Assembly (NCBI GenBank): GCA_964016885.1
Contig: OZ024742.1
Span: 348,874,001-348,938,000, forward strand
Source of the DNA: Eledone cirrhosa
Lineage: Eukaryota
Length of the DNA: 64,000 nt
Direction: 5' to 3'
Shown: positions 14,807-29,825 of the stretch, one piece after another
How positions within the stretch are numbered: the stretch's first letter is position 1
Layout: each line of letters begins with the position of its first letter
Position numbers and translations under genes: made by a program
The notes under the pieces: generated by a model
Seen by the model: only the letters and a program-made list of their open reading frames with translations
Told to the model about the DNA's origin: nothing
The model's database searches: none

Positions 14807-16880
14807 TGACATTATTGACAGTGTAAAGCTCTCTATGTCTCAATATGGCGACATTATTGACAATGTAGAGCTCTCTATGTCTCAATATGGTGACATTATT
14901 GACAGTGTAAAGCTCTCTATGTCTCAATATAGTGACATTATTGACACATTGTAAAGCTCTCTATGTCTCAATATGATGACATTATTGACAGTGTAAAGCT
15001 CTCTATGTCTCAATATGGCGACATTATTGACAATGTAAAGCTCTCTATGTTTCAATATAGTGACATTATTGACACATTGTAAAGCTCTCTATGTCTCAAT
15101 ATGGTGAGATTATTGACACAGTGTAAAGCTCTCTATGTCTTAATATTGTGACATTATTGACAGTGTGAAGCTCTGTATGTCTGAATATGGCGACATTATT
15201 GACACAGTGTAAAGCTCTGTATGTCTCAATATGGCGACATTATTGATACAGTGTAAAGCTCTCTATGTCTCAATATGGCGACATTATTGACAGTGTAAAG
15301 CTCTCTATGTCTCAATATGGCGACATTATTGACAATGTAAAGCTTTCTATGTCTCAATATGGTGACATTATTGACACAGTGTAAAGTTCTCTATGTCTCA
15401 ATATGGTGACATTATTGACAGTGTAAAGCTCTCTATGTCTCAATATGGCGACATTATTGGCAATGTAAAGCTCTCTATGTCTCAATATGGTGACATTATT
15501 GACACATTGTAAAGCTCTCTATGTTTCAATATGGTGACATCATTGACATTGTTAAGCTCTGTATGTCTCAATATGGTGACATTATTGACAGTGTAAAGCT
15601 TCTATGTCTCAATATGGTGACATTATTGACACAATGTAAAGCTCTCTATGTCTCAATATGGTTGACATTATTGACAGTGTAAAGCTTCTATGTCTCAATA
15701 TGGTGAGATTATTGACACAACGTAAAACTCTCTATGTCTTAATATGGTGAGATTATTGACAGTGTAAAGCTCTCTATGTCTTAATATGGCGACATTATTG
15801 ACAATGTAAAGCTCTCTATGTCTCAATATGGTGACATTATTGACAGTGTAAAGCTGTCTATGTCTCAATATGGTGACATCATTGACACATTGTAAAGCTC
15901 TCTATGTCTCAATATGGTGACATTATTGACAGTGTAAAGCTCTCTATGTCTCAATATGGCGATATTATTGACAATGTAAAGCTCTCGATGTCTCAATATG
16001 GTGACATTATTGACAGTGTAAAGCTCTCTATGTCTCAATATAGTGACATTATTGACACATTGTAAAGCTCTCTATGTTTCAATATGGTGACATTATTGAC
16101 AGTGTAAAGCTCTCTATGTATCAATATGGTGACATTATCGACAGTGTAAAGCTCTCTATGTCTCAATATGGCGACATTATTGACACAGTGTAAAGCTCTG
16201 TATGTCTCATTATGGCGACATTATTGATACAGTGTAAAGCTATCTATGTCTCAATATGGCGACATTATTGACAGTGTAAAGCTCTCTATGTCTCAATTCT
16301 ATCTCAATATGGTGAGATTATTGACACAGTGTAAAGCTCTCTATGTCTCAATATGGCGACATTATTGACAGTGTAAAGCTTTCTATGTCTCAATATGGCG
16401 ACATTATTGACAGTGTAAAGCTTTCTATGTCTCAATATGGTTACATTATTGACAGTGTAAAGCTCTCTATGTCTCAATATGGCGACATTATTGACAGTGT
16501 AAAGCTCTCTATGTCTCAATATGGCGACATTATTGACGATGTAATGCTCTCTATGTCTCAATATGGTGACATTATAGACCCTGTAAAGCTCTCCATGTCT
16601 CAATATGGTGACATTGTTGACACTGTAAAGCTCTCTATGTCTCAATATAGTGACATTATTGATACAGTGTAAAGCTCTCTAAGTCTCAATATGGTGACAT
16701 TATTGACACAGTGTAAAGCTCTCTATGTCTCAATATGGTGACATTATTGACACAGTGTAAAGCTCTCTATGTCTCAATATGGCGACATTATAGACAATGT
16801 AAAGCTCTCTATGTCTCAGTATGGCGACATTATTGACACAGTTTAAAGCTCTCTATGTCTCAATATGGTGACATTATTGA
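12820..16880. repeat. ~2.0-kb higher-order tandem duplication
   Basis: GACAATGTAG occurs at 12881 and 14859 (offset 1978). ORF landmarks 14242/16304 differ by 2062. Shared variants are CTCATTATGG, CTCTCGATG and ATGTATCAA. Confidence 0.85.
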
Positions 16881-19800
16881 CAGTGTAAAGCTCTCTATGT
16901 CTCAATATGGCGACATTACTGATACAGTGAAAAGCTCTCTATGTCTCAATATGGCGACATTATTGACAGTGTAAAGCTCTCTATGTCTCAATATGGCGAC
17001 ATTATTGACAATGTAAAGCTCTCTATGTCTCTAATATATGTGACATTATTGACAGTGTAAAGCTCTGTATGTCTCAATATGGTGACATTATTGACAGTGT
17101 AAAGCTTCTATGTCTCAATATGGTGACACTATTGATACAGTGTAAACCTCTCTATGTCTCAATATGGTGACATTATTAACGCAGTGTAAAGCTCTCTATG
17201 TCTCAATATGGCGACATTATTGACAATGTAAAGCTCTCTATGTCTCAATATGGCGACATTATTGACACAGTCTAATGCTCTCTATGTCTCAATATGGTGA
17301 CATTATTGACAGTGTAAAGCTCTCTATGTCTCAATATGGTGACATTATTGACACAGTGTAAAGCTCTCTATGTCTCAATATGGTGACATTATTGACACAG
17401 TGTAAAGCTCTCTATGTCTCAATATGGTGACATTATTGACAATATAAAGCTTCTATGTCTCAATATGGTGAGATTATTGACACGTTGTAAAGCTCTCTAT
17501 GTCTCAATATGGTGACATTATTGACAGTGTAAAGCTCTCTATGTCTCAATATAGTGACATGATTGACACATTGTAAAGCTCTCTATGTCTCAATATGATG
17601 ACATTATTGACAGTGTAAAGCTCTCTATGTCTCAATATGGCGACATTATTGACAATGTAAAGCTCTCTATGTCTCAATATAGTCACATTATTGACACATT
17701 GTAAAGCTCTATATGTCTCAATATGGTGAGATTATTGACACAGTGTAAAGCTCTCTATGTCTGAATATGGCGACATTATTGACACAGTGTAAAGCTCTGT
17801 ATGTCTCAATATGGCGACATTATTGATTCAGTGTAAAGCTCTCTATGTCTCAATATGGCGACATTATTGACAGTGTAAAGCTCTCTATGTCTCAATATGG
17901 CGACATTATTGACAATGTAAAGCTCTCTATGTCTCAATATGGTGACATTATTGACACAGTGTAAAGTACTCTATGTCTCAATATGGTGACATTATTGACA
18001 GTGTAAAGCTCTCTCTGTCTCAATATGGCGACATTATTGGCAATGTAAAGCTCTCTATGTCTCAATATGGTGACATTATTGACACATTGTAAAGCTCTCT
18101 ATGTTTCAATATGGTGACATCATTGACATTGTTAAGCTCTGTATGTCTCAATATGGTGACATTATTGACAGTGTAAAGCTTCTATGTCTCAATATGGTGA
18201 CATTATTGACAGTGTAAAGCTTCTATGTCTCAATATGGTGAGATTATTGACACAATGTAAAACTCTCTATGTCTCAATATGGTGAGATTATTGACAGTGT
18301 AAAGCTCTCTATGTCTTAATATGGCGACATTATTGACAATGTAAAGCTCTCTATGTCTCAATATGTTGACATTATTGACAGTGTAAAGCTCTCTATCTCT
18401 CAATATGGTGACATCATTGACACATTGTAAAGCTCTCTATGTCTCAATATGGTGACATTATTGACAGTGTAAAGCTCTCTATGTCTCTATATGGCGATAT
18501 TATTGACAATGTAAAGCTCTCTATGTCTCAATATGGTGACATTATTGACAGTGTAAAGCTCTCTATGTCTCAATATAGTGACATTATTGACACATTGTAA
18601 AGCTCTCTATGTTTCAATATGGTGACATTATTGACAGTGTAAATCTCTCTATGTCTCAATATGGTGACATTATCGACAGTGTAAAGCTCTCTATGTCTCA
18701 ATATGGCGACATTATTGACACAGTGTAAAGCTCTGTATGTCTCAATATGGCGACATTATTGATACAGTGTAAAGCTCTCTATGTCTCAATATGGCGACAT
18801 TATTGACAGTGTAAAGCTCTCTATGTCTCAATTCTATGTCTCAATATGGTGAGATTATTGACACAGTGTAAAGCTCTCTATGTCTCAATATGGCGACATT
18901 ATTGACAGTGTAAAGATTTCTATGTCTCAATATGGCGACATTATTGACAGTGTAAAGCTTACTATGTCTCAATATGGTTACATTATTGACAGTGTAAAGC
19001 TCTCTATGTCTCAATATGGCGACATTATTGACAATGTAAAGCTCTCTATGTCTCAATATGGCGACATTATTGACAGTGTAAAGCTCTCTATGTCTCAATA
19101 TGGTGACATTGTTGACAGTGTAAAGCTCTCTATGTCTCAATATGGGGACATTATTGACACAGTATAAAGCTCTCTATGTCTCAATATGGTGACGTTATTG
19201 ACAAAGTGTAAAGCTCTCTATGTCTCAATATGGTAACATTATTGACACAGTGTAAAGCTCTCTATGTCTCAATATGGTGACATTATTGACAATGTAAAGC
19301 TCTCTATGTCCCAATATTCTGACATTATTGACACATTGTAAAGCTCTGTATGTCTCAATATGATGACATTATTGACAGTGTAAAGCTTCTATGTCTCAAT
19401 ATGTTGACATTATTGACACATTGTAAAGCTCTCTGTGTCTCAATATGGTGACATTATTGACGGTGTAAAGCTCTCTATGTCTGAATATGGCGACATTATT
19501 GACAACGTAAAGCTCTCTATGTCTCAATATGGTGACATTATTGACAGTGTAAAGCCCTCTATGTGTCAATATGGTGACATCATTGACACAGTGTAAAGCT
19601 CTCTATGTCTCAATATGGCGACATTATTGATACAGTGAAAAGCTCTCTATGTCACAATATGGCGACAATATTGACAGTGTAAAGCTCTCTATGTCTCAAT
19701 ATGGCGACATTATTGACAATATAAAGCTCTCTATGTCTCAATATGTTGACATTATTGACAGTGTAAATCTTTCTATGTCTCAATATGATGACATTGTTAA

Positions 19801-22800
19801 CACTGTAATGCTCTCTATGTCTCAATATGGCGACGTTATTGATACAGTGTGAAGCTCTCTATGTCTCAATATGGTGACATTATTGACACAGTGTAAAGCT
19901 CTCTGTCTCAATATGGTGACATTATTGACACAGTGTAAAGCTCTCTATGTCTCAATATGGCGACATTATTGACACAGTGTAAGGCTCTCTATGTCTCAAT
20001 ATGGCGACATTATTGATACAGTATAAAGCTCTCTATGTCTAAATATGGCGACATTATTGACAGTGTAAAGCTCTCTATGTCTCAATATGGCGACATTATT
20101 GACGATGTAATGCTCTCTATGTCTCAATATGGTGACATTATAGACAGTGTAAAGCTCTCCATGTCTCAATATGGTGACTTTGTTGACACTGTAAAACTCT
20201 CTATGTCTCAATATGGTGACATTATTGATACAGTGTAAAGCTCTCTAAGTCTCAATATGGTGACATTATTGACACTGTGTAAAGCTCTCTATGTCTCAAT
20301 ATGGTGACATTATTGACACAGTGTAAAGCTCTCTGTGTCTCAATATGGCGACATTATAGACAATGTAAAGCTCTCTATGTCTCAATATGGCGACATTATT
20401 GACACAGTTTAAAGCTCTCTATGTCTCAATATGGTGAAATTATTGACAGTGTAAAGCTCTCTATGTCTCAATATGGCGACATTATTGACACAGTGTAAAG
20501 CTCTGTATGTCTCAATATGGCGACATTACTGATACAGTGAAAAGCTCTATATGTCTCAATATGGCGACATTATTGACAATGTAAAGCTCTCTATGTCTCA
20601 ATAAATGTGACATTATTGACAGTGTAAAGCTCTGTATGTCTCAATATGGTGACATTATTGACAGTGTAAAGCTCTCTATGTCTCAATATGGTCACATTAT
20701 TGACACAGTGTAAAGCTCTCTATGTCTCAATATGGCGACATTATTGACAATGTAAAGCTCTCTATGTCTCAATATGGCGACATTATTGACACAGTGTAAT
20801 GCTCTCTATGTCTCAATATGGTGACATTATTGACAGTGTAAAGCTCTCTATGTCTCAATATGGTGACATTATTGACACAGTGTAAAGCCCTCTATGTCTC
20901 AATATGGCGACATTATTGACACAGTGTAAAGCTCTCTATGTCTCAATATGGTGACATTATTGACAATGTAAAGCTTCTATGTCTCAATATGGTGAGATTA
21001 TTGACATGTTGTAAAGCTCTCTATGTCTCAATATGGTGATATTATTGACAGTGTAAAGCTCTCTATGTCTCAATATGGTGACATTATTAACACATTGTAA
21101 AGCTCTCTATGTCTCAATATGGTGACATTAATGACAGTGTAAAGCTCTCTATGTCTCAATATGGCGACATTATTGACAATGTAGAGCTCTCTATGCCTCA
21201 ATATGGTGACATTATTGACAGTGTAAAGCTCTCTATGTCTCAATATAGTGACATTATTGACACATTGTAAAGCTCTCTATGTCTCAATATGATGACATTA
21301 TTGACAGTGTAAAGCTCTCTATGTCTCAATATGGCGACATTATTGACAATGTAAAGCTGTCTATGTCTCAATATGGCGACATTATTGACAGTGTAAAGCT
21401 CTCTATGTCTCAATATGGTAACATTATTGACACAGTGTAAAGCTCTCTATGTCTCAATATGGTGACATTATTGACAATGTAAAGCTCTCTATGTCTTAAT
21501 ATAGTGACATTATTGACACGTTGTAAAGCTCTCTATGTCTCAATATGGTGAGATTATTGACACAGTGTAAAGCTCTCTATGTCTTAATATGGTGACATTA
21601 TTGACAGTGTAAAGCTCTCTATGTCTCAATATGGCGACATTATTGACAATGTAAAGCTCTCTATGTCTCAATATGGTGAGATTATTGACACGTTGTAAAG
21701 CTCTCTATGTCTCAATATGGTGACATTATTGACAGTGTAAAGCTCTCTATGTCTCAATATGGTGACATTATTAACACATTGTAAAGCTCTCTATGTCTCA
21801 ATATGGTGACATTATTGACAGTGTAAAGCTCTCTATGTCTCAATATGGCGACATTATTGACAATGTAGAGCTCTCTATGTCTCAATATGCTGACATTATT
21901 GACAGTGTAAAGCTCTCTATGTCTCAATATAGTGACATTATTGACACATTGTAAAGCTCTCTATGTCTCAATATGATGACATTATTGACAGTGTAAAGCT
22001 CTCTATGTCACAATATGGCGACATTATTGACAATGTAAAGCTCTCTATGTCTCAATATGGCGACATTATTGACAGTGTAAAGCTCTGTATGTCTCAATAT
22101 GGTAACATTATTGACACAGTGTAAAGCTCTTTATGTCTCAATATGGTTACATTATTGACACATTTTAAAGCTCTCTATGTCTCAATATGGTGACATTATT
22201 GACAGTGTAAAGCTCTCTATGTCTTAATATCGCGACATTATTGACAATGTAAAGCTCTCTATGTCTCAATATGGTGACATTATTGACAGTGTAAAGCTCT
22301 CTATGTCTCAATATGGCGACATTATTGACAATGTAACGCTCTCTATGTCTCAATATGGTGACATTATTGATACAGTGTAAAGCTCTCTAAGTCTCAATAT
22401 GGTGACATTATTGACACAGTGTAAAGCTCTCTGTCTCAATATGGTGACATTATTGACACAGTGTAAAGATCTCTATGTCTCAATATGGCGACATTATAGA
22501 CAATGTAAAGCTCTCTATGTCTCAATATTGCGACATTATTGACACAGTTTAAAGCTCTCTATGTCTCAATATGGTGACATTATTGACAGTGTAAAGCTCT
22601 CTATGTCTCAATATGGCGACATTATTGACACAGTGTAAAGCTCTGTATGTCTCAATATGGCGACAGTACTGATACAGTGAAAAGCTCTCTATGTCTCAAT
22701 ATGGCGACATTATTGACAGTGTAAAGCTCTCTATGTCTCAATATGGCGACATTATTGACAATGTAAAGCTCTCTATGTCTCAATATATGTGACATTATTG

Positions 22801-25039
22801 ACAGTGTAAAGCTCTGTATGTCTCAATATGGTGACATTATTGACAGTGTAAAGCTTCTATGTCTCAATATGGTGACACTATTGATACAGTGTAAACCTCT
22901 CTATGTCTCAATATGGTGACATTAATGACACAGTGTAAAGCTCTCTATGTCTCAATATGGTGACATTATTGACACAGTGTAAAGCTCTCTATGTCTCAAT
23001 ATGGCGACATTATTGACAATGTAAAGCTCTCTATGTCTCAATATGGCGACATTATTGACACAGTGTAATGCTCTCTATGTCTCAATATGGTGACATTATT
23101 GACAGTGTAAAGCTCTCTATGTCTCAATATGGTGACATTATTGACACAGTGTAAAGCTCTCTATGTCTCAATATGGTGACATTATTGACAATGTAAAGCT
23201 TCTATGTCTCAATATGGTGAGATTATTGACACGTTGTAAAGCTCTCTATGTCTCAATATGGTGACATTATTGACAGTGTAAAGCTCTCTATGTCTCAATA
23301 TGGTGACATTATTAACACATTGTAAAGCTCTCTATGTCTCAATATGGTGACATTATTGACAGTGTAAAGCTCTCTATGTCTCAATATAGTGACATTATTG
23401 ACACATTGTAAAGCTCTCTATGTCTCAATATGATGACATTATTGACAGTGTAAAGCTCTCTATGTCTCAATATGGCGACATTATTGACAATGTAAAGCTC
23501 TCTATGTCTCAATATGGCGACATTATTGACAGTGTAAAGCTCTCTATGTCTCAATATGGTAACATTATTGACACAGTGTAAAGCTCTCTATGTCTCAATA
23601 TGGTGACATTATTGACAATGTAAAGCTCTCTATGTCTCAATATAGTGACATTATTGACACATTGTAAAGCTCTCTATGTCTCAATATGGTGAGATTATTG
23701 ACACGTTGTAAAGCTCTCTATGTCTTAATATGGTGACATTATTGACAGTGTAAAGCTCTCTATGTCTCAATATGGCGACATTATTGACAATGTAAAGCTC
23801 TCTATGTCTCAATATGGTGAGATTATTGACACGTTGTAAAGCTCTCTATGTCTCAATATGGTGAGATTATTGACACGTTGTAAAGCTCTCTATGTCTCAA
23901 TATGGTGACATTATTGACAGTGTAAAGCTCTCTATGTCTCAATATGGTAACATTATTGACACAGTGTAAAGCTCTTTATGTCTCAATATGGTGACATTAT
24001 TGACAATGTAAAGCTCTCTATGTCTCAATATAGTGACATTATTGACACATTGTAAAGCTCTCTATGTCTCAATATGGTGAGATTATTGACAGGGTGTAAA
24101 GCTCTCTATGTCTTAATATGGTGACACTATTGTCAGTGTAAAGTTCTCTATGTCTCAATATGGCGACATTATTGACAGTGTAAATCTCTCTATGTCTCAA
24201 TATGGCGACATTATTGATACAGTGTAAAGCTCTCTATGTCTCAATATGGCGACATTATTGACAATGTAAAGCTCTCTATGTCTCAATATGGCGACATTAT
24301 TGACACAGTGTAAAGCTGTCTATGTCTCAATATGGCGACATTATTCACAATGTAAAGCTCTCTATGTCTCAATATGGCGACATTATTGATACAGTGTAAA
24401 GCTCTCTATGTCTCAATAAGACGACATTATCGATACAGTGTAAAGCTCTGTATGTCTCAATATGGTGAGATTATTGACACAGCGTAAAGCTCTCTATGTC
24501 TCAATATGGTGACATTATTGACAGTGTAAAGCTCTCTATGTCTCAATATTGCGACATTATTGACAATGTAAAGCTCTCTATGTCTCAATATATGTGACAT
24601 GATTGACAGTGTAAAGCTCTCTATGTCTCAATATGGTGACATTATTGACACAGTGTAAAGCTCTCTATGTCTCAATATGGCGTCATTATTGACAATGTAA
24701 AGCTCTCTATGTCTCAATATGCCGACATTATTGACACAGTGTAAAGCTCTCTATGTATCAATATGGTGACATTATTGACAGTGTAAAGCTTTCTATGTCT
24801 CAATATGTTGACATTATTGACAAAGTGTAAAGCTCTCTATGTCTCAATATGGTGACATTATTGACAGTGTAAAGCTTCTATGTCTCAATATGGTGAGATT
24901 ATTGACACATTGTAAAGGTCTCTATGTCTCAATATGGTGACATTATTGACAGTGTAAAGCTCTTTATGTCTCAATATGGTGACATTATTGACACATTGTA
25001 AAGCTCTCTATGTCTCAATATGGTGACATTATTGACAGC

Positions 25040-28000
25040 GTAAAGCTCTCTATGTCTCAATATGGTGACATTATCGACAGTGTAAAGCTCTCTATGTCTC
25101 AATATGGCGACATTATTGACAATATAAAGCTCTCTATGTCTCAATATGGCGACATTATTGACACAGTGTAAAGCTCTGTATGTCTCAATATGGCGACATT
25201 ATTGATAAAGTGTAAAGCTCTCTATGTCTCAATATGGCGACATTATTGACAGTGTAAAGCTCTCTATGTCTCAACATGGCGACATTATTGACAATGTAAA
25301 GCTCTCTATGTGTCAATATGGTGACATTATTGACACATTGTAAAGCTCTCTATGTCTCAATATGGTGAGATTATTCACACAGTATAAAGCTCTCTATGTC
25401 TCAATATGGTTACATTATTGACAGTGTAAAGCTCTCTATGTCTCAATATGGCGACATTATTGACAATGTAGAGCTCTCTATGTCTCAATATGGTGACATT
25501 ATTGACAATGTAATGCTCTCTATGTCTCAATATGGTGACATTATTGAAACAGTGTAAAGCTCTCTAAGTCTCAATATGGTGACATTATTGACACAGTGTA
25601 AAGCTCTCTGTCTCAATATGGTGACATTATTGACACAGTTTAAAGCTCTCTATGTCTCAATATGGTGACATTATTGACAGTGTAAAGCTCTCTATGTCTC
25701 AATATGCCGACATTATTGACACAGTGTAAAGCTCTGTATGTCTCAATATGGCGACAGTACTGATACAGTGAAAAGCTCTCTATGTCTCAATATGGCGACA
25801 TTATTGACAGTGTAAAGCTCTCTATGTCTCAATATGGCGACATTATTGACAATGTAAAGCTCTCTATGTCACAATATATGTGACATTATTGACAGTGTAA
25901 AGCTCTGTATGTCTCAATATGGTGACATTATTGACAGTGTAAAGCTTCTATGTCTCAATATGGTGACACTATTGATACAGTGTAAACCTCTCTATGTCTC
26001 AATATAGTGACATTAATGACACAGTGTAAAGCTCTCTATGTGTCAATATGGTGACATTATTGACACAGTGTAAAGCTCTCTATGTCTCAATATGGCGACA
26101 TTATTGACAATGTAAAGCTCTCTATGTCTCAATATGGCGACATTATTGACACAGTGTAATGCTCTCTATGTCTCAATATGGTGACATTATTGACAGTGTA
26201 AAGCTCTCTATGTCTCAATATGGTGACATTATTGACACAGTGTAAAGCTCTCTATGTCTCAATATGGCGACATTATTGACACAGTGTAAAGCTCTCTATG
26301 TCTCAATATGGTGACATTATTGACAATGTAAAGCTTCTATGTCTCAATATGGTGAGATTATTGACACGTTGTAAAGCTCTCTATGTCTCAATATGGTGAT
26401 ATTATTGACAGTGTAAAGCTCTCTATGTCTCAATATGGTGACATTATTAACACATTGTAAAGCTCTCTATGTCTCAATATGGTGACATTAATGACAGTGT
26501 AAAGCTCTGTATGTCTGAATATGGCGACATTATTGACACAGTGTAAAGCTCTGTATGTCTCAATATGGCGACATTATTGATACAGTGTAAAGCTCTCTAT
26601 GTCTCAATATGGCGACATTATTGACAGTGTAAAGCTCTCTATGTCTCAATATGGCGACATTATTGACAATGTAAAGCTCTCTATGTCTCAATATGGTGAC
26701 ATTATTGACACAGTGTAAAGTACTCTATGTCTCAATATGGTGACATTATTGACAGTGTAAAGCTCTCTATGTCTCAATATGGCGACATTATTGGCAATGT
26801 AAAGCTCTCTATGTCTCAATATGGTGACATTATTGACACATTGTAAAGCTCTCTATGTTTCAATATGGTGACATCATTGACATTGTTAAGCTCTGTATGT
26901 CTCAATATGGTGACATTATTGACAGTGTAAAGCTTCTATGTCTCAATATGGTGACATTATTGACAGTGTAAAGCTTCTATGTCTCAATATGGTGAGATTA
27001 TTGACACAATGTAAAACTCTCTATGTCTCAATATGGTGAGATTATTGACAGTGTAAAGCTCTCTATGTCTTAATATGGCGACATTATTGACAATGTAAAG
27101 CTCTCTATGTCTCAATATGTTGACATTATTGACAGTGTAAAGCTCTCTATGTCTCAATATGGTGACATCATTGACACATTGTAAAGCTCTCTATGTCTCA
27201 ATATGGTGACATTATTGACAGTGTAAAGCTCTCTATGTCTCTATATGGCGATATTATTGACAATGTAAAGCTCTCTATGTCTCAATATGGTGACATTATT
27301 GACAGTGTAAAGCTCTCTATGTCTCAATATAGTGACATTATTGACACATTGTAAAGCTCTCTATGTTTCAATATGGTGACATTATTGACAGTGTAAAGCT
27401 CTCTATGTCTCAATATGGTGACATTATCGACAGTGTAAAGCTCTCTATGTCTCAATATGGCGACATTATTGACAATATAAAGCTCTCTATGTCTCAATAT
27501 GGCGACATTATTGACACAGTGTAAAGCTCTGTATGTCTCAATATGGCGACATTATTGATAAAGTGTAAAGCTCTCTATGTCTCAATATGGCGACATTATT
27601 GACAGTGTAAAGCTCTCTATGTCTCAACATGGCGACATTATTGACAATGTAAAGCTCTCTATGTGTCAATATGGTGACATTATTGACACATTGTAAAGCT
27701 CTCTATGTCTCAATATGGTGAGATTATTCACACAGTATAAAGCTCTCTATGTCTCAATATGGTTACATTATTGACAGTGTAAAGCTCTCTATGTCTCAAT
27801 ATGGCGACATTATTGACAATGTAGAGCTCTCTATGTCTCAATATGGTGACATTATTGACAATGTAATGCTCTCTATGTCTCAATATGGTGACATTATTGA
27901 AACAGTGTAAAGCTCTCTAAGTCTCAATATGGTGACATTATTGACACAGTGTAAAGCTCTCTGTCTCAATATGGTGACATTATTGACACAGTTTAAAGCT

Positions 28001-29825
28001 CTCTATGTCTCAATATGGTGACATTATTGACAGTGTAAAGCTCTCTATGTCTCAATATGCCGACATTATTGACACAGTGTAAAGCTCTGTATGTCTCAAT
28101 ATGGCGACAGTACTGATACAGTGAAAAGCTCTCTATGTCTCAATATGGCGACATTATTGACAGTGTAAAGCTCTCTATGTCTCAATATGGCGACATTATT
28201 GACAATGTAAAGCTCTCTATGTCACAATATATGTGACATTATTGACAGTGTAAAGCTCTGTATGTCTCAATATGGTGACATTATTGACAGTGTAAAGCTT
28301 CTATGTCTCAATATGGTGACACTATTGATACAGTGTAAACCTCTCTATGTCTCAATATAGTGACATTAATGACACAGTGTAAAGCTCTCTATGTGTCAAT
28401 ATGGTGACATTATTGACACAGTGTAAAGCTCTCTATGTCTCAATATGGCGACATTATTGACAATGTAAAGCTCTCTATGTCTCAATATGGCGACATTATT
28501 GACACAGTGTAATGCTCTCTATGTCTCAATATGGTGACATTATTGACAGTGTAAAGCTCTCTATGTCTCAATATGGTGACATTATTGACACAGTGTAAAG
28601 CTCTCTATGTCTCAATATGGCGACATTATTGACACAGTGTAAAGCTCTCTATGTCTCAATATGGTGACATTATTGACAATGTAAAGCTTCTATGTCTCAA
28701 TATGGTGAGATTATTGACACGTTGTAAAGCTCTCTATGTCTCAATATGGTGATATTATTGACAGTGTAAAGCTCTCTATGTCTCAATATGGTGACATTAT
28801 TAACACATTGTAAAGCTCTCTATGTCTCAATATGGTGACATTAATGACAGTGTAAAGCTCTGTATGTCTGAATATGGCGACATTATTGACACAGTGTAAA
28901 GCTCTGTATGTCTCAATATGGCGACATTATTGATACAGTGTAAAGCTCTCTATGTCTCAATATGGCGACATTATTGACAGTGTAAAGCTCTCTATGTCTC
29001 AATATGGCGACATTATTGACAATGTAAAGCTCTCTATGTCTCAATATGGTGACATTATTGACACAGTGTAAAGTACTCTATGTCTCAATATGGTGACATT
29101 ATTGACAGTGTAAAGCTCTCTATGTCTCAATATGGCGACATTATTGGCAATGTAAAGCTCTCTATGTCTCAATATGGTGACATTATTGACACATTGTAAA
29201 GCTCTCTATGTTTCAATATGGTGACATCATTGACATTGTTAAGCTCTGTATGTCTCAATATGGTGACATTATTGACAGTGTAAAGCTTCTATGTCTCAAT
29301 ATGGTGACATTATTGACAGTGTAAAGCTTCTATGTCTCAATATGGTGAGATTATTGACACAATGTAAAACTCTCTATGTCTCAATATGGTGAGATTATTG
29401 ACAGTGTAAAGCTCTCTATGTCTTAATATGGCGACATTATTGACAATGTAAAGCTCTCTATGTCTCAATATGTTGACATTATTGACAGTGTAAAGCTCTC
29501 TATGTCTCAATATGGTGACATCATTGACACATTGTAAAGCTCTCTATGTCTCAATATGGTGACATTATTGACAGTGTAAAGCTCTCTATGTCTCTATATG
29601 GCGATATTATTGACAATGTAAAGCTCTCTATGTCTCAATATGGTGACATTATTGACAGTGTAAAGCTCTCTATGTCTCAATATAGTGACATTATTGACAC
29701 ATTGTAAAGCTCTCTATGTTTCAATATGGTGACATTATTGACAGTGTAAAGCTCTCTATGTCTCAATATGGTGACATTATCGACAGTGTAAAGCTCTCTA
29801 TGTCTCAATATGGCGACATTATTGA
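25040..29825. repeat. 2,353-bp direct tandem duplication, apparently near-identical
   Basis: TTATCGAC occurs at 25071/27424/29777, TCAACATGG at 25271/27624 and TACTCT at 26721/29074, all at offset 2353. Both copies carry the GTCACAATATATGTG variant. Confidence 0.93.
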
